Shown here: piece by piece, positions 45,261-57,126 of the stretch
Position numbering within the stretch: position 1 is the stretch's first letter
How the letters are laid out: each line of letters starts with the position of its first letter
From: Escherichia coli
Lineage (GTDB): Bacteria > Pseudomonadota > Gammaproteobacteria > Enterobacterales > Enterobacteriaceae
Assembly: GCF_003334315.1 (NCBI RefSeq)
Contig: NZ_QOWR01000015.1
Length of the DNA: 64,000 nt
Strand: one strand, 5' to 3'
The notes under the pieces: generated by a model
Database searches by the model: none
Told to the model about the DNA's origin: nothing
Seen by the model: only the letters and a program-made list of their open reading frames with translations
Program-made: the position numbers and the translations under genes

Positions 45261-45491
45261 TCAGACCCCGTTGGCAAGCCGCGTGGTTAACTCATCCATA
45301 AAATATCGCGCAATGGCAGGCATCCCCTTTCGCCCCGCAAATAAGGCATGCAACAATCTGGGTATGCCGCTCCACGGAGCAAACAGGCGCACCAGTTCAC
45401 CGTTCACAAGCCCCTGTTTACAGGCAAATTGAGGCAATAACGCCACGCCATTCAACACAACCAGGGCGCGAACTCGCTGAGCGAAATGCAT
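45261..45491 (-). pseudogene. yqfE: Remnant (C-terminal effector-domain fragment) of a LysR-family regulator, yqfE-like
   Basis: 76-aa ORF resembling only the C-terminal part of a LysR-type regulator; no DNA-binding N-terminus present; divergent from argP. Confidence 0.55.
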
Positions 45492-45574
45492 TAGCGCAAA
45501 TCCCTGATCTTTTAAGCTGCGCGTTTAACCACGAATACAAATGTTACCCGCCGACGGCTTCGGTATATGCAACC

Positions 45575-45592
45575 TGACACAAAATTGTGTCA
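45575..45592. promoter_or_regulatory. Perfect 7-bp inverted repeat (TGACACA-aaat-TGTGTCA), candidate operator upstream of argP
   Basis: Palindrome about 40 bp upstream of the argP start; such dyads are typical of autoregulatory LysR-family sites. Confidence 0.3.
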
Positions 45593-45632
45593 TAGTGCAG
45601 GAAAAAGCATTTACCAGGAGCAGACAACAGCA

Positions 45633-46526
45633 ATGAAACGCCCGGACTACAGAACATTACAGGCACTGGATGCGGTGATACGTGAACGAGGATTTGAGCG
45701 CGCGGCACAAAAGCTGTGCATTACACAATCAGCCGTCTCACAGCGCATTAAGCAACTGGAAAATATGTTCGGGCAGCCGCTGTTGGTGCGTACCGTACCG
45801 CCGCGCCCGACGGAACAAGGGCAAAAACTGCTGGCACTGCTGCGCCAGGTGGAGTTGCTGGAAGAAGAGTGGCTGGGCGATGAACAAACCGGTTCGACTC
45901 CGCTGCTGCTTTCACTGGCGGTCAACGCCGACAGTCTGGCGACGTGGTTGCTTCCTGCACTGGCTCCTGTGTTGGCTGATTCGCCTATCCGCCTCAACTT
46001 GCAGGTAGAAGATGAAACCCGCACTCAGGAACGTCTGCGCCGCGGCGAAGTGGTCGGCGCGGTGAGTATTCAACATCAGGCGCTGCCGAGTTGTCTTGTC
46101 GATAAACTTGGTGCGCTCGACTATCTGTTCGTCAGCTCAAAACCCTTTGCCGAAAAATATTTCCCTAACGGCGTAACGCGTTCGGCATTACTGAAAGCGC
46201 CAGTGGTCGCGTTTGACCATCTTGACGATATGCACCAGGCCTTTTTGCAGCAAAACTTCGATCTGCCTCCAGGCAGCGTGCCCTGCCATATCGTTAATTC
46301 TTCAGAAGCGTTCGTACAACTTGCTCGCCAGGGCACCACCTGCTGTATGATCCCGCACCTGCAAATCGAGAAAGAGCTGGCCAGCGGTGAACTGATTGAC
46401 TTAACGCCTGGGCTATTTCAACGACGGATGCTCTACTGGCACCGCTTTGCTCCTGAAAGCCGCATGATGCGTAAAGTCACTGATGCGTTACTCGATTATG
46501 GTCACAAAGTCCTTCGTCAGGATTAA
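45633..46526 (+). CDS. argP: LysR-family transcriptional regulator ArgP (IciA)
   Basis: ORF 45567-46526 trimmed to ATG at 45633 ([15 protein letters not shown]); N-terminal helix-turn-helix. Confidence 0.9.
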
Positions 46527-46730
46527 TCCATCAAATAATGCCTGATAGCACATATCAGGCGTTGTCCTCACTTCTTTTTGTATTCCTTGAATCACATCAC
46601 AAAATAGACAAATCTCAGGCGGCAAAAAACGACGTCTGAATGCATTTTTTTTTGCTGGCGACAAACCCACGTAAAAAGCTCACCGTAGGCGCAAATACCC
46701 TCATTTTGATTGCGTTTTACGGAGCAAATA

Positions 46731-48875
46731 ATGTCTAACGTGCAGGAGTGGCAACAGCTTGCCAACAAGGAATTGAGCCGTCGGGAGAAAACTGTCGACT
46801 CGCTGGTTCATCAAACCGCGGAAGGGATCGCCATCAAGCCGCTGTATACCGAAGCCGATCTCGATAATCTGGAGGTGACAGGTACCCTTCCTGGTTTGCC
46901 GCCCTACGTTCGTGGCCCGCGTGCCACTATGTATACCGCCCAACCGTGGACCATCCGTCAGTATGCTGGTTTTTCAACAGCAAAAGAGTCCAACGCTTTT
47001 TATCGCCGTAACCTGGCCGCCGGGCAAAAAGGTCTTTCCGTTGCGTTTGACCTTGCCACCCACCGAGGCTACGACTCCGATAACCCGCGCGTGGCGGGCG
47101 ACGTCGGCAAAGCGGGCGTCGCTATCGACACCGTGGAAGATATGAAAGTGCTGTTCGATCAAATCCCGCTGGATAAAATGTCGGTTTCGATGACCATGAA
47201 TGGTGCGGTGTTGCCGGTACTGGCGTTTTATATCGTCGCCGCAGAAGAGCAAGGTGTTACACCTGATAAACTGACCGGCACCATTCAAAACGATATCCTC
47301 AAAGAGTACCTCTGCCGCAACACCTATATTTACCCACCAAAACCGTCAATGCGCATTATCGCCGACATCATCGCCTGGTGTTCCGGCAACATGCCGCGAT
47401 TTAATACCATCAGTATCAGCGGTTACCACATGGGGGAAGCGGGTGCCAACTGCGTGCAGCAGGTAGCATTTACGCTCGCCGATGGGATTGAGTACATCAA
47501 AGCAGCAATCTCTGCCGGACTGAAAATTGATGACTTCGCTCCTCGCCTGTCGTTCTTCTTCGGTATCGGCATGGATCTGTTTATGAACGTCGCCATGTTG
47601 CGTGCGGCACGTTATTTATGGAGCGAAGCGGTCAGTGGATTTGGCGCACAGGATCCGAAATCACTGGCGCTGCGTACCCACTGCCAGACCTCAGGCTGGA
47701 GCCTGACTGAACAGGATCCGTATAACAACGTTATCCGCACCACCATTGAAGCACTGGCTGCGACGCTAGGCGGTACTCAGTCACTGCATACCAACGCCTT
47801 TGACGAAGCGCTTGGTTTGCCTACCGATTTCTCAGCACGCATTGCCCGCAACACCCAGATCATCATTCAGGAAGAATCAGAACTCTGCCGCACCGTCGAT
47901 CCGCTGGCCGGATCCTATTACGTTGAGTCGCTGACCGATCAAATCGTCAAACAAGCCAGAGCTATTATCCAACAGATCGACGAAGCCGGTGGCATGGCGA
48001 AAGCGATCGAAGCAGGTCTGCCAAAACGAATGATCGAAGAGGCCTCAGCGCGCGAACAGTCGCTGATCGACCAGGGCAAGCGTGTCATCGTTGGTGTCAA
48101 CAAGTACAAACTGGATCACGAAGACGAAACCGATGTACTTGAGATCGACAACGTGATGGTGCGTAACGAGCAAATTGCTTCGCTGGAACGCATTCGCGCC
48201 ACCCGTGATGATGCCGCTGTAACCGCCGCGTTGAACGCCCTGACTCACGCCGCACAGCATAACGAAAACCTGCTGGCTGCCGCTGTTAATGCCGCTCGCG
48301 TTCGCGCCACCCTGGGTGAAATTTCCGATGCGCTGGAAGCCGCTTTCGACCGTTATCTGGTGCCAAGCCAGTGTGTTACCGGCGTGATTGCGCAAAGCTA
48401 TCATCAATCTGAGAAATCGGCCTCCGAGTTCGATGCCATTGTTGCGCAAACGGAGCAGTTCCTTGCCGACAATGGTCGTCGCCCGCGCATTCTGATCGCC
48501 AAAATGGGCCAGGATGGGCACGATCGCGGCGCGAAAGTGATCGCCAGCGCCTATTCCGATCTCGGTTTCGACGTAGATTTAAGCCCGATGTTCTCTACAC
48601 CTGAAGAGATCGCCCGCCTGGCAGTAGAAAATGACGTTCACGTAGTGGGCGCATCCTCACTGGCTGCCGGTCATAAAACGCTGATCCCGGAACTGGTCGA
48701 AGCGCTGAAAAAATGGGGACGCGAAGATATCTGCGTAGTCGCCGGTGGCGTCATTCCACCGCAGGATTACGCCTTCCTGCAAGAGCGCGGCGTGGCGGCG
48801 ATTTATGGTCCAGGTACACCTATGCTCGACAGTGTGCGCGACGTACTGAATCTGATAAGCCAGCATCATGATTAA
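46731..48875 (+). CDS. scpA: Methylmalonyl-CoA mutase (cobalamin-dependent)
   Basis: ORF 46710-48875 trimmed to ATG at 46731 ([15 protein letters not shown]); C-terminal B12-binding DxHxxG motif (GQDGHDRG). Confidence 0.9.
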   Translation: MSNVQEWQQLANKELSRREKTVDSLVHQTAEGIAIKPLYTEADLDNLEVTGTLPGLPPYVRGPRATMYTAQPWTIRQYAGFSTAKESNAFYRRNLAAGQKGLSVAFDLATHRGYDSDNPRVAGDVGKAGVAIDTVEDMKVLFDQIPLDKMSVSMTMNGAVLPVLAFYIVAAEEQGVTPDKLTGTIQNDILKEYLCRNTYIYPPKPSMRIIADIIAWCSGNMPRFNTISISGYHMGEAGANCVQQVAFTLADGIEYIKAAISAGLKIDDFAPRLSFFFGIGMDLFMNVAMLRAARYLWSEAVSGFGAQDPKSLALRTHCQTSGWSLTEQDPYNNVIRTTIEALAATLGGTQSLHTNAFDEALGLPTDFSARIARNTQIIIQEESELCRTVDPLAGSYYVESLTDQIVKQARAIIQQIDEAGGMAKAIEAGLPKRMIEEASAREQSLIDQGKRVIVGVNKYKLDHEDETDVLEIDNVMVRNEQIASLERIRATRDDAAVTAALNALTHAAQHNENLLAAAVNAARVRATLGEISDALEAAFDRYLVPSQCVTGVIAQSYHQSEKSASEFDAIVAQTEQFLADNGRRPRILIAKMGQDGHDRGAKVIASAYSDLGFDVDLSPMFSTPEEIARLAVENDVHVVGASSLAAGHKTLIPELVEALKKWGREDICVVAGGVIPPQDYAFLQERGVAAIYGPGTPMLDSVRDVLNLISQHHD

Positions 48876-49863
48876 TGAAGCCACGCTGGCAGAAAGTATT
48901 CGCCGCTTACGTCAGGGTGAGCGTGCCACACTCGCCCAGGCCATGACGCTGGTGGAAAGCCGTCACCCGCGTCATCAGGCGCTAAGTACGCAACTGCTTG
49001 ATGCCATTATGCCGTACTGCGGTAACGCCCTGCGACTGGGCGTTACCGGCACACCCGGCGCGGGGAAAAGTACCTTTCTTGAAGCCTTTGGCATGTTGTT
49101 GATTCGTGATGGATTAAAGGTTGCGGTTATTGCGGTCGATCCCAGCAGTCCGGTCACTGGCGGTAGCATTCTCGGGGATAAAACCCGCATGAATGACCTG
49201 GCGCGTGCCGAGACGGCGTTTATTCGCCCGGTACCATCCTCCGGTCATCTGGGCGGTGCCAGTCAGCGAGCGCGGGAATTAATGCTGTTATGCGAAGCGG
49301 CGGGTTATGACGTAGTGATTGTCGAAACGGTTGGCGTCGGGCAGTCGGAAACGGAAGTCGCCCGCATGGTGGACTGTTTTATCTCGTTGCAAATTGCCGG
49401 TGGCGGCGATGATCTGCAGGGCATTAAAAAAGGGCTGATGGAAGTGGCTGATCTGATCGTTATCAACAAAGACGATGGCGATAACCATACCAATGTCGCC
49501 ATTGCCCGGCATATGTACGAGAGTGCCCTGCATATTCTGCGACGTAAATACGACGAATGGCAGCCACGGGTTCTGACTTGTAGCGCACTGGAAAAACGTG
49601 GAATCGATGAGATCTGGCACGCCATCATCGACTTCAAAACCGCGCTAACTGCCAGTGGTCGTTTACAACAAGTGCGGCAACAACAATCGGTGGAATGGCT
49701 GCGTAAGCAGACCGAAGAAGAAGTACTGAATCACCTGTTCGCGAATGAAGATTTCGATCGCTATTACCGCCAGACGCTTTTAGCGGTCAAAAACAATACG
49801 CTCTCACCGCGCACCGGCCTGCGGCAGCTCAGTGAATTTATCCAGACGCAATATTTTGATTAA
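48868..49863 (+). CDS. argK: MeaB/ArgK-type GTPase (mutase chaperone)
   Basis: 331-aa ORF with P-loop GTPGAGKST; overlaps the scpA stop by 8 nt. Confidence 0.9.
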   Translation: MINEATLAESIRRLRQGERATLAQAMTLVESRHPRHQALSTQLLDAIMPYCGNALRLGVTGTPGAGKSTFLEAFGMLLIRDGLKVAVIAVDPSSPVTGGSILGDKTRMNDLARAETAFIRPVPSSGHLGGASQRARELMLLCEAAGYDVVIVETVGVGQSETEVARMVDCFISLQIAGGGDDLQGIKKGLMEVADLIVINKDDGDNHTNVAIARHMYESALHILRRKYDEWQPRVLTCSALEKRGIDEIWHAIIDFKTALTASGRLQQVRQQQSVEWLRKQTEEEVLNHLFANEDFDRYYRQTLLAVKNNTLSPRTGLRQLSEFIQTQYFD

Positions 49864-49873
49864 AGGAATTTTT

Positions 49874-50659
49874 ATGTCTTATCAGTATGTGAACGTTGCC
49901 ACTATCAACAAAGTGGCGGTCATTGAGTTTAACTATGGCCGAAAACTTAATGCCTTAAGTAAAGTCTTTATTGATGATCTTATGCAGGCGTTAAGCGATC
50001 TCAACCGGCCGGAAATTCGCTGTATCATTTTGCGCGCGCCGAGTGGATCCAAAGTCTTCTCCGCAGGCCACGATATTCACGAACTGCCGTCTGGCGGTCG
50101 CGATCCGCTCTCCTATGATGATCCGTTGCGTCAAATCACCCGCATGATCCAAAAATTCCCGAAACCGATCATTTCGATGGTGGAAGGTAGTGTTTGGGGT
50201 GGCGCATTTGAAATGATCATGAGTTCCGATCTGATCATCGCCGCCAGTACCTCAACCTTCTCAATGACGCCTGTAAACCTCGGCGTCCCGTATAACCTGG
50301 TCGGCATTCACAACCTGACCCGCGACGCGGGCTTCCACATTGTCAAAGAGCTGATTTTTACCGCTTCGCCAATCACCGCCCAGCGCGCGTTGGTAGTCGG
50401 CATCCTCAACCATGTTGTGGAAGTGGATGAACTGGAAGATTTCACCTTACAAATGGCGCACCACATCTCTGAGAAAGCGCCGTTAGCCATTGCCGTTATC
50501 AAAGAAGAGCTGCGTGTACTGGGCGAAGCACACACCATGAACTCCGATGAATTTGAACGTATTCAGGGGATGCGCCGCGCGGTTTATGACAGCGAAGATT
50601 ACCAGGAAGGGATGAACGCTTTCCTCGAAAAACGTAAACCTAATTTCGTTGGTCATTAA
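49874..50659 (+). CDS. scpB: Methylmalonyl-CoA decarboxylase (crotonase family)
   Basis: ORF 49832-50659 trimmed to ATG at 49874 (MSYQYVNVATINK) with AAGGA RBS. Confidence 0.9.
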   Translation: MSYQYVNVATINKVAVIEFNYGRKLNALSKVFIDDLMQALSDLNRPEIRCIILRAPSGSKVFSAGHDIHELPSGGRDPLSYDDPLRQITRMIQKFPKPIISMVEGSVWGGAFEMIMSSDLIIAASTSTFSMTPVNLGVPYNLVGIHNLTRDAGFHIVKELIFTASPITAQRALVVGILNHVVEVDELEDFTLQMAHHISEKAPLAIAVIKEELRVLGEAHTMNSDEFERIQGMRRAVYDSEDYQEGMNAFLEKRKPNFVGH

Positions 50660-50682
50660 TCCCTGCGAACGAAGGAGTAAAA

Positions 50683-52161
50683 ATGGAAACTCAGTGGACA
50701 AGGATGACCGCCGATGAAGCGGCAGAAATTATCCAGCATAACGACATGGTGGCATTTAGTGGCTTTACCCCAGCGGGTTCGCCGAAAGCCCTACCCACCG
50801 CGATTGCCCGCAGAGCTAACGAACAGCATGAGGCCAAAAAGCCGTATCAAATTCGCCTGCTGACGGGGGCGTCAATCAGCGCCGCCGCTGACAATGTACT
50901 TTCTGACGCCGATGCTGTTTCCTGGCGTGCGCCATATCAAACATCGTCCGGTTTACGTAAAAAGATCAATCAGGGCGCGGTGAGTTTCGTTGACCTGCAT
51001 TTGAGCGAAGTGGCGCAAATGGTCAATTACGGTTTCTTCGGCGACATTGATGTTGCCGTCATTGAAGCATCGGCACTGGCACCAGATGGTCGAGTCTGGT
51101 TAACCAGCGGGATCGGTAATGCGCCGACCTGGCTGCTGCGAGCGAAGAAAGTGATCATTGAACTCAATCACTATCACGATCCGCGCGTTGCAGAACTGGC
51201 GGATATTGTGATTCCTGGCGCGCCACCGCGGCGCAATAGCGTGTCGATCTTCCATGCAATGGATCGCGTCGGTACCCGCTATGTGCAAATCGATCCGAAA
51301 AAGATTGTCGCCGTCGTGGAAACCAACTTGCCCGACGCCGGTAATATGCTGGATAAGCAAAATCCCATGTGCCAGCAGATTGCCGATAACGTGGTCACGT
51401 TCTTATTGCAGGAAATGGCGCATGGGCGTATTCCGCCCGAATTTCTGCCGCTGCAAAGTGGCGTGGGCAATATCAATAATGCGGTAATGGCGCGTCTGGG
51501 GGAAAACCCGGAAATTCCTCCGTTTATGATGTATTCGGAAGTGCTACAGGAATCGGTGGTGCATTTACTGGAAACCGGCAAAATCAGCGGGGCCAGCGCC
51601 TCCAGCCTGACAATCTCGGCCGATTCCCTGCGCAAGATTTACGACAATATGGATTACTTTGCCAGCCGCATTGTGTTGCGTCCGCAGGAGATTTCCAATA
51701 ACCCGGAAATCATCCGTCGTCTGGGCGTCATCGCTCTGAACGTCGGCCTGGAGTTTGATATTTACGGGCATGCCAACTCAACGCACGTAGCCGGGGTCGA
51801 TCTGATGAACGGCATCGGCGGCAGCGGTGATTTTGAACGCAACGCGTATCTGTCGATCTTTATGGCCCCGTCGATTGCTAAAGAAGGCAAGATCTCAACC
51901 GTCGTGCCAATGTGCAGCCATGTTGATCACAGCGAACACAGCGTCAAAGTGATCATCACCGAACAAGGGATCGCCGATCTGCGCGGTCTTTCCCCGCTTC
52001 AACGCGCCCGCACTATCATTGATAATTGTGCACATCCTATGTATCGGGATTATCTGCATCGCTATCTGGAAAATGCGCCTGGCGGACATATTCACCACGA
52101 TCTTAGCCACGTCTTCGACTTACACCGTAATTTAATTGCAACCGGCTCGATGCTGGGTTAA
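50683..52161 (+). CDS. scpC: Propionyl-CoA:succinate CoA transferase
   Basis: 492-aa ORF, acetyl-CoA hydrolase/transferase family; last gene of the scpA-argK-scpB-scpC operon. Confidence 0.9.
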   Translation: METQWTRMTADEAAEIIQHNDMVAFSGFTPAGSPKALPTAIARRANEQHEAKKPYQIRLLTGASISAAADNVLSDADAVSWRAPYQTSSGLRKKINQGAVSFVDLHLSEVAQMVNYGFFGDIDVAVIEASALAPDGRVWLTSGIGNAPTWLLRAKKVIIELNHYHDPRVAELADIVIPGAPPRRNSVSIFHAMDRVGTRYVQIDPKKIVAVVETNLPDAGNMLDKQNPMCQQIADNVVTFLLQEMAHGRIPPEFLPLQSGVGNINNAVMARLGENPEIPPFMMYSEVLQESVVHLLETGKISGASASSLTISADSLRKIYDNMDYFASRIVLRPQEISNNPEIIRRLGVIALNVGLEFDIYGHANSTHVAGVDLMNGIGGSGDFERNAYLSIFMAPSIAKEGKISTVVPMCSHVDHSEHSVKVIITEQGIADLRGLSPLQRARTIIDNCAHPMYRDYLHRYLENAPGGHIHHDLSHVFDLHRNLIATGSMLG

Positions 52162-53054
52162 TGACTCGTCCCGTCACGATCTTCAGCAATATGCTGAAGC
52201 ATCGTGGCGGTATAACGATGATTTCTGATTGAATAAAGATATTCCTGCATATACATCGGCCTGTGCGGTGCATCAAAATATTTCAGCGTTGCCGGATTCA
52301 CCAGTCGCCAGGCAAAATGCGGGATCACCGTCAGAAAATGTCCGCGCTCCACGGCGCTGATTTTGGCCATAAAACTGTAGGGACGATAAATAATGGTTGG
52401 ATTGATCCCACAAGGTCGCATATTCGCATCAATCATTGCTTCGAAGTTGGCCCGGTTCTGAAAGCGCATTTGTAGCCAGGGCAGCTCCTGAAGCAGCTCT
52501 TGCTCTTGACGCTCTTCATAACGGCGAGAAACGAGAAAGCCCAATCGCAGCGGCGGTAGTTCACTGATAGTCAGGTTTTCCAGTTCCTGAACTCGTGCAG
52601 ATACATGCTGTGGGGAGATAATAAAATCTAACTGACGGTCAAAAAGATTATCGATAACGCCATTTTCGCTGAACTCAACTGGCTGGGCGGTCACGCCTTC
52701 ATACTTATCTCCGAGACTAATCAACTGATCGAAAATAATTGTCGGATAAGTATTATCTATGCCAATCACAATTTCTCGTGAACGACGCCCTGAGTTATGG
52801 ATTTCATTATCAATCGCAGAAAGTCGTTGATAAACCGGGAACAGTTTTTGATACAGTTCCTGTCCGGCTTTATTGAGGCTGATATTATTATCTTTGCGGG
52901 TAAATAGCGTATAGCCAATTTGTTCTTCCAGCGCGGCAATGCTTTTACCAAATGGCGAAGCCGTCATATGGATTTTTTCTGCCGCCCGGGCAATATTATT
53001 GGTTTGCGCTAATAAAATGAAATTGCGCATCTTTTTCGAAATAAAAATGTCCAT
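52158..53054 (-). CDS. ygfI: LysR-family transcriptional regulator YgfI
   Basis: 298-aa ORF with N-terminal HTH; stop overlaps the scpC stop by 4 nt (convergent). Confidence 0.85.
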   Translation of the reverse strand: MDIFISKKMRNFILLAQTNNIARAAEKIHMTASPFGKSIAALEEQIGYTLFTRKDNNISLNKAGQELYQKLFPVYQRLSAIDNEIHNSGRRSREIVIGIDNTYPTIIFDQLISLGDKYEGVTAQPVEFSENGVIDNLFDRQLDFIISPQHVSARVQELENLTISELPPLRLGFLVSRRYEERQEQELLQELPWLQMRFQNRANFEAMIDANMRPCGINPTIIYRPYSFMAKISAVERGHFLTVIPHFAWRLVNPATLKYFDAPHRPMYMQEYLYSIRNHRYTATMLQHIAEDRDGTSH

Positions 53055-53221
53055 CCCCCCTCCCCCGCATCCTTGTCCGCTTAACCGTTTCAGTCAGCCT
53101 ATCCTTGATGAAACCGCGAGCAAAGATAGGTGATTACGTCATGGTTTTACAGAAAATTACAGAAAAAGGAGGCAATATCGGGTAAAGGCATTAGCCCGAC
53201 GAATACGTCGGGCTACAAGTA

Positions 53222-53962
53222 TTATTGTGCTGCAGGTGTTTTAGCGGGTTGTTGATCCACAGGTTCTAACTGGAAGACCACATCGACCTGATCATCAAAC
53301 TGAATAGCGGCCTGCTCGTAAGTTTCCTGGGCGGACACCGGCGCGGCATCGGCTTTCATCATCCGCACCATTGGGCTGGGCTGATAGTTGGAAACATGGT
53401 AGCGCACGCTATATACCGGCCCCAGTTTACGATGAAAGCCGTTCGCCAGTTCCTGCGCCTGATGAATCGCGTTATCAATCGCTGCCTTACGCGCTTTGTC
53501 TTTATAGGCATCCGGCTGCGCCACGCCCAGCGACACAGAACGAATTTCGTTAAGACCCGCCTTCAGCGCACCATCCAGCAAGGAATTCAGTTTGTCTAAC
53601 TGACGGAGCGTGACTTCCACCGTTCTCACAGCGCGGTAGCCTTTAAGGATACTTTTACCATCCTGATAATCATAATCTGGCTGGGTGCGTAAGTTCGCTG
53701 AGCTGATATCTTTTTTCGCGATCTGATTGAGTTCAAGGAAGGAAATGTATTGTGCGACGCGCTCATCTGCCTGTTTCTTGGCAGTAGCGGCATCCTTCGC
53801 GGCCACGTTAACTTCAATCGCAAGAGTGGCAATGTCTGGCACCGCATCCACACTTGCCGTACCGGAGGTGACAATATGCGGTCCATCCGGCAATTCGTTA
53901 GCCTGCGCTGCCATCCCGCTAATACCCATTAATGCCGCCAGGGCGATAACTTTGAACTTCAC
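53222..53962 (-). CDS. yggE: Periplasmic DUF541/SIMPL-family protein YggE
   Basis: 246-aa ORF with N-terminal signal peptide. Confidence 0.85.
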   Translation of the reverse strand: MKFKVIALAALMGISGMAAQANELPDGPHIVTSGTASVDAVPDIATLAIEVNVAAKDAATAKKQADERVAQYISFLELNQIAKKDISSANLRTQPDYDYQDGKSILKGYRAVRTVEVTLRQLDKLNSLLDGALKAGLNEIRSVSLGVAQPDAYKDKARKAAIDNAIHQAQELANGFHRKLGPVYSVRYHVSNYQPSPMVRMMKADAAPVSAQETYEQAAIQFDDQVDVVFQLEPVDQQPAKTPAAQ

Positions 53963-54054
53963 GTTAGTCTCTCCGTGTTAATTGACTTGCCCAAAATTCA
54001 GGACCTCTGGAGGCAAGCTTAGCGCCTCTGTTTTATTTTTCCATCAGATAGCGC

Positions 54055-54690
54055 CTAACTGAACAAGGCTTGTGCATGAGCAATACCGTCTCTCGCCAGC
54101 TGCAAGGCTATAAACCACATGACACATCCCACTACCAGATTGATAATGCGCTGTGATTTTGCCGTGCGCAGGCGCGGTGCCAGCCAGGCTGCGAGAATAG
54201 CCAGACCAAAGAACCACAGGAAAGAGGCGCTAATTGTCCCGAGCGCAAACCAACGTTTTGGTTCGACGTCAAGCTGCCCGCCAAGGCTGCCCAGTACAAC
54301 AAAAGTATCCAGGTAAACATGCGGATTCAGCCAGGTCACTGCCAACATGGTGGCGATAATTTTCCATCTTCCTTGCCTCAGGACTTCGGCACTGGCTAAC
54401 TCAATATTACTGCTCATCGCTGTTTTAAAAGCGCCAAAACCATACCAGAGCAAGAAGGCTACGCCGCCCCAGGTGACCAGCGCCAGCAACCACGGCGACT
54501 GCATCAATAACGCGCTGCCACCAAAAATCCCGGCGCAAATCAGGACCAAATCGCTGATAGCGCAAAGTAAGGCAATCATAATGTGGTACTGACGACGAAT
54601 GCCCTGATTCATCACAAAAGCATTTTGTGGACCGAGCGGTAGGATCATAGCTGCGCCAAGCGCAAGACCTTGAAAGTAATAAGAAAACAC
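54055..54690 (-). CDS. argO: Arginine exporter (LysE family)
   Basis: 211-aa polytopic membrane ORF. Confidence 0.9.
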   Translation of the reverse strand: MFSYYFQGLALGAAMILPLGPQNAFVMNQGIRRQYHIMIALLCAISDLVLICAGIFGGSALLMQSPWLLALVTWGGVAFLLWYGFGAFKTAMSSNIELASAEVLRQGRWKIIATMLAVTWLNPHVYLDTFVVLGSLGGQLDVEPKRWFALGTISASFLWFFGLAILAAWLAPRLRTAKSQRIINLVVGCVMWFIALQLARDGIAHAQALFS

Positions 54691-54828
54691 GTTGGATATT
54701 CCGAATTAAGTATCTGATGCAGAGACTATATCGCGGGATTGTTATTAGCGGAAATTGATAATATTAATTGGCAATCAGAAAAACTAATAAGAGAGAGGCC
54801 AGAGAGTATTATCTGGCCTCAGTGTTGA

Positions 54829-55689
<861 letters not shown>

Positions 55690-55831
55690 TCAATATTCCT
55701 TTTCAACTGACTCAAAATGGAGAAATACACTCCGCCGCCTTATGACGGGCAGTCTGACAAGGGTAAACAATAAAGCATAATTTTGCCAAATAGATCACAG
55801 ATTTCTCATCTGAATCACCTTGCTTTTGGCG

Positions 55832-55853
55832 AAAAAATCCCCGCAGAGCGGGG
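55832..55853 (-). terminator. Distal copy of the fbaA intrinsic terminator
   Basis: Minus-strand hairpin CCCCGC-UCU-GCGGGG followed by UUUUUU. Confidence 0.5.
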
Positions 55854-55879
55854 CTCAGACAGATATCAATGTGCGCTTT

Positions 55880-55985
55880 GTCATGCCGGATGCGGCGTGA
55901 ACGCCTTATCCGGCCTACAAAAACCTGCAAATTCAATATATTGCAGGATACGTGTAGGCCTGATAAGCGTAGCGCATCAGGCAAT
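55880..55985. repeat. REP pair (BIME) downstream of fbaA
   Basis: GCCGGATGCGGCGTGAACGCCTTATCCGGCCTAC and inverted GTAGGCCTGATAAGCGTAGCGCATCAGGC. Confidence 0.7.
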
Positions 55986-55998
55986 TTTGCTTTTGGCG

Positions 55999-56022
55999 AA
56001 AAAAAGACCCGCAGAGCGGGCC
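55999..56022 (-). terminator. Proximal fbaA intrinsic terminator
   Basis: Minus-strand hairpin CCCGC-UCU-GCGGG followed by a 7-U run, about 25 nt after the fbaA stop. Confidence 0.55.
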
Positions 56023-56046
56023 TTGAGATAAGCAGAAAGGAATGAC

Positions 56047-57126
56047 TTACAGAACGTCGATCGCGTTCAGTTCCTGGAATGCTTTTTCCAGACGAGCGAT
56101 CATCGAAGTCTGACCGGCACGCAGCCATACGCGCGGATCGTAGTATTTCTTGTTCGGCTGATCTTCGCCTTTCGGGTTACCCAGCTGACCCTGCAGATAA
56201 GCTTCGTTCGCTTTGTAGTAGTTCAGAACGCCTTCCCAGGTTGCCCATTGGGTATCGGTATCGATGTTCATTTTTACTACGCCGTAGCTTACGGAGTCTT
56301 TGATTTCCTGAGCAGTAGAACCGGAACCACCGTGGAATACGAAGTTCAGGCTGTTGTGCGGCAGGTTGTGTTTCTTAGAAACATATTCCTGAGAATCACG
56401 CAGGATGGTCGGAGTCAGAACCACGTTACCCGGCTTGTAAACACCGTGTACGTTACCGAAGGACGCTGCGATGGTGAAACGCGGGCTGATTTTGCTCAGC
56501 TCGGTGTATGCGTAATCAACGTCTTCCGGCTGGGTGTACAGTGCAGAAGCGTCCATGTGGCTGTTGTCCACGCCGTCTTCTTCACCACCGGTACAACCCA
56601 GTTCGATTTCCAGAGTCATGCCGATTTTGGACATGCGCTCCAGGTATTTAGAGCAGATTTCGATGTTCTCTTGCAGAGATTCTTCAGACAGGTCGATCAT
56701 GTGAGAAGAGAACAGCGGCTTGCCGGTAGCAGCGAAGTGTTTTTCACCCGCGTCCAGCAGACCGTCGATCCACGGCAGCAGTTTCTTCGCGCAGTGGTCA
56801 GTGTGCAGGATAACCGGAACACCATAATGTTCAGCCATCTGGTGAACGTGATGCGCACCAGAGATCGCGCCCAGGATAGCAGCACCCTGCGGAACGTCAG
56901 ATTTCACGCCTTTACCAGCGATAAAAGAAGCACCACCGTTGGAGAACTGAACGATAACCGGCGCTTTAACTTTAGCAGCGGTTTCCAGTACGGCGTTGAT
57001 GGAGTCAGTACCGACGCAGTTTACTGCTGGCAGTGCGAAGTTGTTTTCTTTTGCTACCTGGAAAACTTTCTGTACGTCATCACCAGTGATTACGCCAGGT
57101 TTTACGAAATCAAAAATCTTAGACAT
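56047..57126 (-). CDS. fbaA: Fructose-bisphosphate aldolase, class II
   Basis: ORF 56047-57210 trimmed to ATG at 57126 (MSKIFDFVKPGVITGDD). Confidence 0.95.
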   Translation of the reverse strand: MSKIFDFVKPGVITGDDVQKVFQVAKENNFALPAVNCVGTDSINAVLETAAKVKAPVIVQFSNGGASFIAGKGVKSDVPQGAAILGAISGAHHVHQMAEHYGVPVILHTDHCAKKLLPWIDGLLDAGEKHFAATGKPLFSSHMIDLSEESLQENIEICSKYLERMSKIGMTLEIELGCTGGEEDGVDNSHMDASALYTQPEDVDYAYTELSKISPRFTIAASFGNVHGVYKPGNVVLTPTILRDSQEYVSKKHNLPHNSLNFVFHGGSGSTAQEIKDSVSYGVVKMNIDTDTQWATWEGVLNYYKANEAYLQGQLGNPKGEDQPNKKYYDPRVWLRAGQTSMIARLEKAFQELNAIDVL

